From: Bacteroidales bacterium
GTDB lineage: Bacteria > Bacteroidota > Bacteroidia > Bacteroidales > VadinHA17
DNA length: 64,000 nt
Direction of reading: 5' to 3'
Assembly: GCA_025454755.1 (NCBI GenBank)
Contig: JALONV010000006.1
Span: 1,161-65,160, forward strand
Below the pieces are notes generated by a model. It was not told where the DNA came from, did not search any database, and saw nothing but the letters and a program-made list of their open reading frames with translations. Shown here in pieces: positions 36,419 to 44,054 of this stretch (within the stretch, counting starts at the first letter, position 1; each line of letters opens with the position of its first letter). Made by a program: the position numbers and the translations under genes.

Positions 36419-36514
36419 CGGCACAATGGCTCAACGGCGCAACGGTACAGCGGCTTGTGATAATAAAAGCTTTTGCGCCACTGCACCTCTGTACCACTGC
36501 ACCATTGTACCGTT
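36417..36514. repeat. Octamer-periodic inverted array filling a convergent intergenic gap
   Basis: The left arm is aacggcac aatggctc aacggcgc aacggtac agcggctt. The AT-rich spacer is gtgataataaaagctttt. The right arm is gcgccact gcacctct gtaccact gcaccatt gtaccgtt, the inverted orientation of the same unit type. Confidence 0.85.
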
Positions 36515-37314
36515 TATACAAATAACTCGCCCTTAATAATTGTTCGTGCCTGCCCGGAGATTTCTACCCTGTCACCAGCCAGGGAGACTTTAAGCACACC
36601 CTCTCTTTTTGACACCTGATGGGAGACAAATTCCCGGCGGCCTCTCTTTTTATGCCAGAAAGGAACCAGTGAACAATGTGCTGAGCCTGTCACAGGATCT
36701 TCGTCGATGCCAAGAGCAGGGACAAAACACCTGACACAGAAGTCGAAGTTATTGTCATCAGAGGGAGCTGTGACTATCATATCTCCGAATCCGGAGTTTT
36801 TCATTAGCCTGAAGTCAGGTTTAAGTCCTCTTACACTGCTCTCACTGTCGAGTAGAACGAATGTCCAGCCATGCCCTGTCATGTATACTTCTTCCGGTCT
36901 GATGCCGAGAATATCTTTCATAATATCAGGTATTTCTATCTGCTCCAGATCATATGCAGGGAAATTCATCGTGATCCATGAGCCGGATTTCCTGATAGTC
37001 AGTTCCCCGGCCTTTGAAAGCAGTTTGATATCCTCGTCTTTTTTAACTATACCCTGTTCGAAAAGTATATGTGCAGATGAAAGAGTTGCATGACCGCAAA
37101 GCGGTATTTCAGCTTCGGGAGTGAAGAATCTGATCGTAAAGAAGTCTTTGCCTGGTAAAATGAATGCTGTCTCTGACAGGTTCATCTCCATTGCAACATT
37201 TTGCATCCATTCATCCGGCATTTCAGTCTCGAGAATGCAGACACCTGCAGGATTGCCCCTGAATGGTTCAGCCGTGAATGCATCGACCTGGTAGATTTTT
37301 CTGGGTGTTGACAT
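36514..37314 (-). CDS. PhzF-family (phenazine biosynthesis-like) isomerase/epimerase
   Basis: 266 aa with the N-terminus ..YQVDAFTAEPFRGNPAGV.. and paired DAP-epimerase-like halves (..ETAF.., ..EDPVTGSAHC..). Confidence 0.85.
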   Translation of the reverse strand: MSTPRKIYQVDAFTAEPFRGNPAGVCILETEMPDEWMQNVAMEMNLSETAFILPGKDFFTIRFFTPEAEIPLCGHATLSSAHILFEQGIVKKDEDIKLLSKAGELTIRKSGSWITMNFPAYDLEQIEIPDIMKDILGIRPEEVYMTGHGWTFVLLDSESSVRGLKPDFRLMKNSGFGDMIVTAPSDDNNFDFCVRCFVPALGIDEDPVTGSAHCSLVPFWHKKRGRREFVSHQVSKREGVLKVSLAGDRVEISGQARTIIKGELFV

Positions 37315-37334
37315 ATATATAAAGTTTTACACTG

Positions 37335-37369
37335 ACCCCCCAACCCCCCTGAAGGGGGGCAGGGGGGCC
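37335..37369. repeat. GC-rich hairpin element, complete B1 module
   Basis: gaCCCCCCaaCCCCCC-tgaa-GGGGGGcaGGGGGG forms a 6+6 bp stem with a 2-nt internal loop and a TGAA tetraloop. Confidence 0.85.
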
Positions 37370-37424
37370 TGTCATTCACCGGTAAATTTCGTGTTTTTAC
37401 AGAATTGTAACAGTTATTTATCTA

Positions 37425-37454
37425 AGAAAACTTTGTAAACTAAAAAAGTTTTCT
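37425..37454. promoter_or_regulatory. Candidate TetR operator (10-bp perfect inverted repeat) overlapping the efflux operon promoter
   Basis: agaaaacttt-gtaaactaaa-aaagttttct lies 27 nt upstream of the tetR ATG. It overlaps a TTTG (-33-like) box and a TcatTTTTG (-7-like) box. Confidence 0.5.
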
Positions 37455-37480
37455 CATTTTTGCGGCACTAAAAATAATTG

Positions 37481-38089
37481 ATGGATTACAGGCAGAGAAT
37501 AATTGAAGAAGCTTCAGTATTATTCAGGACATACGGAATAAAGTCCGTAACCATGGATTTACTTGCAGCCCATATGGGAATCTCAAAAAGGACGATTTAC
37601 GAGGTCTTCAGGGACAAGGATGAGCTTCTTACCGGAGTATTGAAATGGATGACCGTCAGGCAGCGTGAGATAATGGAAAAGACCCTGAATGAGTCTGAAA
37701 ATGTGATAGAAGCTATATTCAAAATGATGAAAACGATGATGGAGCATTTCAAGAATATGAGCCCGGCTTTCCAGATGGATATTAAAAGGTATCATCAGGA
37801 TATTGCAGAAAAGCTTAATAATCTTGACCAGCTTCCTTATGTAAAGAATAATGAATTAATAATAGAGAGAGGGATAAAGGAAGGGAGTTTCAGAAAAGAC
37901 CTTGATGTAAAGATCATAAACAAGTGCATGCTTGAGGTGTTAAAGATGTCGAGCGACAGGGAGATTTTCCCTCCGGATGCCTTTGGGAGTGAAGAAGTTG
38001 TCAGGAACGTTTATTTAAATTACCTGAGGGGCTTATGCACCCCAAAGGGTCTTGAACTTATTGATCATTATGATAAGAAGAATAAATAA
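37481..38089 (+). CDS. TetR/AcrR-family transcriptional regulator
   Basis: The N-terminal TetR HTH is IIEEASVLFRTYGIKSVTMDLLAAHMGISKRTIYEVF. It is the first gene of the efflux operon. Confidence 0.9.
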   Translation: MDYRQRIIEEASVLFRTYGIKSVTMDLLAAHMGISKRTIYEVFRDKDELLTGVLKWMTVRQREIMEKTLNESENVIEAIFKMMKTMMEHFKNMSPAFQMDIKRYHQDIAEKLNNLDQLPYVKNNELIIERGIKEGSFRKDLDVKIINKCMLEVLKMSSDREIFPPDAFGSEEVVRNVYLNYLRGLCTPKGLELIDHYDKKNK

Positions 38090-38108
38090 AATCGAGAGAA
38101 AAGATTGA

Positions 38109-39464
38109 ATGAAGAATAAAACAAATTTTATGAAAAACAAATTTCTGGCAGCACTAGCTGTTTTTATATTCCCTGCCGTAACAGCCGGGGCACAGGGAAC
38201 AAACGGGGACATGAAGCTTTCTTTAAAAGAGGCTCAGGACTATGCAATTCAGAACAACCGGCAGGTTATATCGGCAAAACTTGATGTGCTGGCATCCAGG
38301 GCTGCGATGTGGGAAACAATATCAGCGGCACTTCCGCAGCTAAACCTTTCAGGGTCGGTGATGGACAACCTTAAGCTGGCAACCACACTTCTTCCGGGTG
38401 AGTTTTTCGGCCAACCCGGAATCAAGGTGCCGGTGACTTTCGGTTCACAGTTCAATTCCAACGCATCGGCAGAAGCATCAATGCTTTTATTCAATGCACA
38501 GCTTTTCGTGGGTATTGAAACAACCAAACTTGCCCATAAGTTGAATAGTCAGAGCCTTGAAAAGACCGAACTTGATACCAGGGAATCAGTGGCATCTGCC
38601 TATTATCTTATACTTGTATCGGAGGAATCACTTAAGCTGATAGATGCAAATCTTTTAAACCTCAGTGAAACCTTAAAAGCCACCAAGGCAATGTTTGCAG
38701 CAGGAATGGCAGAGGCAACGGATGTAGATCAGATGCTTTCGAATGTTTCAATGATTGAAAATAACAAAAGTTCGCTGCAAAGAACTATCGAAGTAAACTA
38801 CAATTTACTCAGGTTTATTCTCGGGACAAGCGTTAATGAAAAGATCGTTCTAACAGAAACGCTTGATAATTTTACAGAAACTGTAAATGTTGAATCCCTC
38901 CTTGCACAGGAGTTCAATATTAACTCGAATGTCAATTTCAGGCTCATTGAAGGACAGGAAATGATGTCGAAACTGGCACTCAGGAATGAAAAAGCATCAG
39001 TTCTTCCAACGCTGGCAGGATTCTATTCTTATGGCACAAATGGAATGGGTGACAAACTTTCTGACCTGCGATGGTTCCGGAACTCTATGCTTGGAGTTCA
39101 GGTTTCAGTCCCTATTTTCGCCAGCGGCCAGCGTTATTCAGGAATAAAAAAGGCCCAGTACAATTTCCAGAAGGCAACTACAACAAAAGATATGATAAGG
39201 GAGCAGCTGCTCATTCAGGAAAAACAACTGCGGTATAACCTGGTCAATGCCGACCAGCAGTATAAAACACAGAAACAAAATGTTGAAGTATCCCAGAGAG
39301 TATATAAAAGCACTGAAAACAAGTATAAACAGGGAATGGCATCAAGCCTGGAACTGACACAGGCAAACACTCTTTTCCTGCAGGCACAAAACAATTATAT
39401 TTCAGCTTTGATGAATCTCCTGCAAACAAAGCTTGCCCTCGACAAACTATTAAACAACATTTAA
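38109..39464 (+). CDS. TolC-family outer-membrane efflux protein
   Basis: 451 aa with a signal peptide and two OEP repeats of coiled-coil character. Confidence 0.88.
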   Translation: MKNKTNFMKNKFLAALAVFIFPAVTAGAQGTNGDMKLSLKEAQDYAIQNNRQVISAKLDVLASRAAMWETISAALPQLNLSGSVMDNLKLATTLLPGEFFGQPGIKVPVTFGSQFNSNASAEASMLLFNAQLFVGIETTKLAHKLNSQSLEKTELDTRESVASAYYLILVSEESLKLIDANLLNLSETLKATKAMFAAGMAEATDVDQMLSNVSMIENNKSSLQRTIEVNYNLLRFILGTSVNEKIVLTETLDNFTETVNVESLLAQEFNINSNVNFRLIEGQEMMSKLALRNEKASVLPTLAGFYSYGTNGMGDKLSDLRWFRNSMLGVQVSVPIFASGQRYSGIKKAQYNFQKATTTKDMIREQLLIQEKQLRYNLVNADQQYKTQKQNVEVSQRVYKSTENKYKQGMASSLELTQANTLFLQAQNNYISALMNLLQTKLALDKLLNNI

Positions 39465-39490
39465 TTATTATAAGAAACAAACTTCACAAA

Positions 39491-40549
39491 ATGAGATACA
39501 CAAAATCAATATCGGTAATTCTTATAAGCGGACTTATCCTTTCAGGGTGTTCGGCTAAGAGAAATCCCGAGGCAGCATCTGATGCTTCGGCAGAAAACGT
39601 AAAAACAGCTATTCCAGTAAAGGTTATGACTCTTCAGAAAACGAAGATCGCCAGGACTATTGAGTATACTTCTACCATACTTCCATTTGAGGAGGTAAAT
39701 ATGGCGCCGTCGATACCCGGAAGGATAGAAAAGATTTATGTTGAAGAAGGAGACAGGGTTAACAAGGGCGATAATCTCTTCCTTATGGACCGTACTCAGT
39801 TGTACCAGCAGAAGGTTCAGCTCGCAAGCCTGGAAAAGGATCTTTCGCGTCTCGATACACTCCTGAGGTCGGGAAGTGCAAAGCAACAGCAGTATGACCA
39901 GTTGAAGACACAATATGATGTCATTAAAACAAATGTCGACTTCATGGAAGCAAATACGCTTCTCAAAGCTCCTTTCCCCGGAATAGTGACAGGAAAATAT
40001 TTTGAAAATGGCGAAGTGTATTCCGGAACACCTACCACAACCAGCGGAAGATCGGCCGTGGTGACTGTTATGCAGGTCAATCCGCTTAAAGTCAATGTTG
40101 GTATCTCTGAGCAATATTACCCTTTGATAAAGAAAGGTATGAAAGCCGAAATATCTGCAGATGTTTACCCGAATGAGAAATTCACCGGGACGGTTTTCCG
40201 GATTGCACCTACAATTAATCCGGCCACACGTTCATTTACAGCTGAGATAGAAGTACCCAACAGAAACGATATTCTCAAACCCGGGATGTTCGTGAGAGTT
40301 TCGATGAACCTTGGAGAGGTTGAAACCTTTGTTGTACCCGCAAGCGCCGTTATGCTGCAGGAAGGCACAAATATAAGGTATGTTTTTGTGGATGATAACG
40401 GCAATGCAAAACGCCTTGAGGTAATCCTTGGCAAGAGATTTGATGACCGGCTTGAGATCATTTCCGAGAATCTGAAGGCAGGAGACAGGCTCGTTTCAGA
40501 GGGCCAGTCGAGACTCCTTAATAATGACAAAATCGAAATAGTACAGTAA
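39491..40549 (+). CDS. RND efflux periplasmic adaptor (membrane fusion protein), lipoprotein
   Basis: Lipobox ILSGC, biotinyl-lipoyl-like and beta-barrel HlyD-type regions. 352 aa. Confidence 0.88.
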   Translation: MRYTKSISVILISGLILSGCSAKRNPEAASDASAENVKTAIPVKVMTLQKTKIARTIEYTSTILPFEEVNMAPSIPGRIEKIYVEEGDRVNKGDNLFLMDRTQLYQQKVQLASLEKDLSRLDTLLRSGSAKQQQYDQLKTQYDVIKTNVDFMEANTLLKAPFPGIVTGKYFENGEVYSGTPTTTSGRSAVVTVMQVNPLKVNVGISEQYYPLIKKGMKAEISADVYPNEKFTGTVFRIAPTINPATRSFTAEIEVPNRNDILKPGMFVRVSMNLGEVETFVVPASAVMLQEGTNIRYVFVDDNGNAKRLEVILGKRFDDRLEIISENLKAGDRLVSEGQSRLLNNDKIEIVQ

Positions 40550-40572
40550 TTTCAGTAAAACAAGAATTTAAA

Positions 40573-43500
40573 ATGAGTATATACAGTTCTTCCGTAAAAC
40601 GACCGGTAACGACGATACTGATTTTCGTAGCTCTTATCGTTATGGGTATCTATTCGCTGACACAGCTGCCGGTCGACCTTTATCCGGAGGTGGAGCTCCC
40701 ATTCATTGGTATAGTTACTGCATACCCCGGTGCAAGTGCATCTGATATTGAGACAAATGTTACACGACCGGTAGAAGATGCCCTCAACTCCGTAAGCAAC
40801 CTCAAGGAGATGACTTCAACTTCGAGTGACGGATCGTCTGTCATCTTTATGAATTTTGAGTATGGGACAAATCTTGATGAAGCATCAAACGATATCAGGA
40901 GCAATCTGAGCTTTATCGAAAGATATCTTCCTGAAGACAGTGAAAAACCCACCATAATGAAGTTCAATTCAAGCATGATGCCGATAATTTTTTATGCTAT
41001 TACGGCAGGTGAGAGCTACAGAGGTCTTGAAAAGATACTTGATGAAAAGATAGTCAACCCCCTGAACAGGATTGAAGGTGTGGGATCTGTTAATCTTGCA
41101 GGCGTTCCCGGCCGTAAGGTATATATCGATGTTGATCCCAGGAAAATGGAAGCCTATAACCTTACCATCGAACAGATCGGTAATGTCCTTCGTGCAGAGA
41201 ACCTTAACATGCCGGCCGGATACATTGAAATGGGACAGACCGATTATCCTTTGAGAATACAGGGAGAATTTCCTGAAAGCGAAATTATGAAAAACATTGT
41301 TGTCAGCAGCTACAACGGCAATAATGTATACCTGAATGATTTAGCAGAGGTTCGAGATACCATCCGTGAAACGAAACTCGACACAAGGATTAACGGCTTT
41401 CCCGGAATGTCAATGTATATACAGAAACAGTCGGGTGGCAATACCGTGAAAGTGACCAGGGAGATCGAGAAGGCTCTTAAAGAGCTTGAAAAAGATCTTC
41501 CTTCTGATGTAAAGATCCAGAAGCTGTTCGACAGTGCAACATTTATAAAAGACTCGATAAGCAACCTTACCGAGACGCTGCTTTATGCGGCGATATTCGT
41601 TATCCTGGTTGTCCTGTTTTTTCTTGGACGCTGGAGGGCAACAGTAATAATCATAGTCACAATACCGATCTCTCTGGTAGTTGCATTTATATACCTGTTC
41701 GTTACAGGAGAGTCTATCAACATCATCTCGCTTACTTCACTTTCCATAGCGATAGGCATGGTGGTGGACGATGCAATTGTGGTGCTTGAAAACATCACCA
41801 AACATGTCGAAAGAGGGAGCCGTCCCAGGGAAGCGTCAATATATGCAACCAACGAAGTTTGGCTTGCAGTTATTGTTACAACATTAACAGTGGTTGCTGT
41901 ATTTTTCCCTCTGACTTTTGTTTCAGGGCTTACCGGAGTATTGTTCAGACAACTGGGTATGCTGGTTACCATCACTATTGTAACTTCAGTGGTTGCTGCT
42001 ATAACACTTACACCGACCATGAGCGCACTATTACTGAAATGGTATCCAATAAGAAAAGATGCACCCTGGTATACTTATGACGGAAGTATCAGGAAAGGGC
42101 TGGACTGGTTCGACAGGTTCTACGAACAGACACTCCGGTGGGCACTCCGTCACAAAAGGATTACTATTGTGGTTGCTGTCCTGGTGTTTGTGGGTTCGAT
42201 GGCACTTTTTACCGTTATTGATACTGAATTCTTTCCACAGGCTGACCAGTCAAGAATTACAGCGACTATTGAGCTTCAAACTGGTACGAGAGTAGATGAG
42301 ACCATTAAAACAACTGATAAGATCGATCAGCTGGTAAAGGAAAAATATCCGGAAGTAGATATTGCGGAAGCATCTACCGGTGTCGACGATGAGAACAGCT
42401 TTGCGGCTATGTTCGGAACGAACGGAACACATGTGATTACCTATTCAATGAAGCTTGTACCGATTGAGAACCGCGAAAAAGATGTAAATATACTTGCAGA
42501 AGAAATCAGAACTGATCTGGCAAAGATCCCTGAAATCGTCGACTTTACTGTAAGCACTTCTGAAGGTATGGGAAGCTTTGGCGGCAGCGCCGTTGGTGTG
42601 GAAGTCTATGGATATAATATATCTGAAACAAACATTGTGGCTGAAGAGCTGGCATCAAAGATCAGGAAAATGGAGGGGGCCAAGGATGTTACTATCAGTC
42701 GCGACAAATCCAAACCTGAGCTCCAGATCATTCTCGACCAGGGCAAGATGAGCGCAAGTGGATTGAATACCGCCATGGTATCTTCGGCAATAAAGAACAG
42801 AGTGGCCGGATTAACAGCAACACGTCTGCGTCAGGCGGGTGATGAATATGATGTTATTGTAAGATTCAGGGAATCAGACCGCAGCACACTTACCGATATT
42901 GAGAATATCGGGATTGCAAATCCCAGAGGACAGATCATAAGACTTGGCGAAATTGCACAAATAAAGGAATACTGGTCTCCTCCAAGAATCGAAAGAAAAC
43001 GCAGGGAAAGAATTGTTACTGTTTCTTTTACACCCTACAAGAGGTCTCTTACCGAACTACAGACCGAAATTCAGAAGGCTATCAGCGAAACTGCAGTTCC
43101 ATCAGGAGTAATGGTGCAGATATCGGGAGCAATCGAGGACCAGATGGAATCATTCATGGACATAACATTCCTGATGCTCATAAGCCTTATTCTGGTTTAT
43201 CTTGTGATGGCCTCTCAGTTTGAATCGCTGAAGATGCCATTCATAATAATGTTCTCGATCCCTTTTGCATTCTCGGGTGTGGCAATAGCACTTTTCATTT
43301 CAAATACAGCACTCAGCGTTATTTCAGGTATAGGCGCTGTGATGCTGATCGGTATCGTAGTAAAGAACGCTGTCGTTCTCGTAGATTTCATAAACCTGAT
43401 GAGAGAAAGAGGCAATGAACTGTATGAAGCGATTGCATTATCAGGACGATCAAGGCTCAGACCTGTTATCATGACTTCAGCCACGACCATTCTCGGTATG

Positions 43501-43713
43501 CTGCCTCTGGCCATGAGCAAAGGTTCAGGCTCTGAATTATGGAGTCCTATGGGAATTGCAGTTATCGGAGGACTCGTTTTCTCCACAATGGTGACACTTG
43601 TTCTGGTCCCAGTCGTTTATGCAGTATTTGCAAAACATGGAGAACGCAACAAACATCTTGCCGATTACAAGGAAATGAGTTTTCTGAACGGGGCTAACGG
43701 TGTGCAGAATTAA
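40573..43713 (+). CDS. RND efflux transporter permease (AcrB/HAE1-like)
   Basis: 1046 aa with 12 TM helices, two large periplasmic loops and a typical N-terminus ..RPVTTILIFVALIVMGIYS... Confidence 0.93.
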   Translation: MSIYSSSVKRPVTTILIFVALIVMGIYSLTQLPVDLYPEVELPFIGIVTAYPGASASDIETNVTRPVEDALNSVSNLKEMTSTSSDGSSVIFMNFEYGTNLDEASNDIRSNLSFIERYLPEDSEKPTIMKFNSSMMPIIFYAITAGESYRGLEKILDEKIVNPLNRIEGVGSVNLAGVPGRKVYIDVDPRKMEAYNLTIEQIGNVLRAENLNMPAGYIEMGQTDYPLRIQGEFPESEIMKNIVVSSYNGNNVYLNDLAEVRDTIRETKLDTRINGFPGMSMYIQKQSGGNTVKVTREIEKALKELEKDLPSDVKIQKLFDSATFIKDSISNLTETLLYAAIFVILVVLFFLGRWRATVIIIVTIPISLVVAFIYLFVTGESINIISLTSLSIAIGMVVDDAIVVLENITKHVERGSRPREASIYATNEVWLAVIVTTLTVVAVFFPLTFVSGLTGVLFRQLGMLVTITIVTSVVAAITLTPTMSALLLKWYPIRKDAPWYTYDGSIRKGLDWFDRFYEQTLRWALRHKRITIVVAVLVFVGSMALFTVIDTEFFPQADQSRITATIELQTGTRVDETIKTTDKIDQLVKEKYPEVDIAEASTGVDDENSFAAMFGTNGTHVITYSMKLVPIENREKDVNILAEEIRTDLAKIPEIVDFTVSTSEGMGSFGGSAVGVEVYGYNISETNIVAEELASKIRKMEGAKDVTISRDKSKPELQIILDQGKMSASGLNTAMVSSAIKNRVAGLTATRLRQAGDEYDVIVRFRESDRSTLTDIENIGIANPRGQIIRLGEIAQIKEYWSPPRIERKRRERIVTVSFTPYKRSLTELQTEIQKAISETAVPSGVMVQISGAIEDQMESFMDITFLMLISLILVYLVMASQFESLKMPFIIMFSIPFAFSGVAIALFISNTALSVISGIGAVMLIGIVVKNAVVLVDFINLMRERGNELYEAIALSGRSRLRPVIMTSATTILGMLPLAMSKGSGSELWSPMGIAVIGGLVFSTMVTLVLVPVVYAVFAKHGERNKHLADYKEMSFLNGANGVQN

Positions 43714-43731
43714 TTATGTAAAAGTCAGACT

Positions 43732-44025
43732 ATGAAAGCAATAATGATAATATACAACCAGGCAAACACCGAGAAGGTCGAGTATATGCTTGATAAGCTT
43801 GGAATCAAAGGTTATTCACTATGGGAAAATGTACAGGGCAGGGGCACTAAAACAGGCGTGCCTCACCTTGGCACCCATGCATGGCCGGAGATCAATAAAA
43901 GTGTCCTGACTGTTGTTGAGGATGATGTAGTTGACAAAGTCCTTGATACGGTAAAAAAGATAGATGCTATTAATGATGAGGTAGGCATCAGGGCATTTGT
44001 GTGGGATGTGCTGAAGACAGTGTGA
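43732..44025 (+). CDS. PII-like small signal-transduction-fold protein
   Basis: 97 aa: MKAIMIIYNQ...LDKLGIKGYSLWENVQGRG....VVEDDVVDKVLDTVKK....GIRAFVWDV. This matches the ferredoxin-like beta-alpha-beta x2 pattern of GlnB/PII with a shortened T-loop. It starts 18 nt after the RND gene. Confidence 0.6.
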   Translation: MKAIMIIYNQANTEKVEYMLDKLGIKGYSLWENVQGRGTKTGVPHLGTHAWPEINKSVLTVVEDDVVDKVLDTVKKIDAINDEVGIRAFVWDVLKTV

Positions 44026-44054
44026 GTACATGGGGGGATGAGTACATTTTTACT

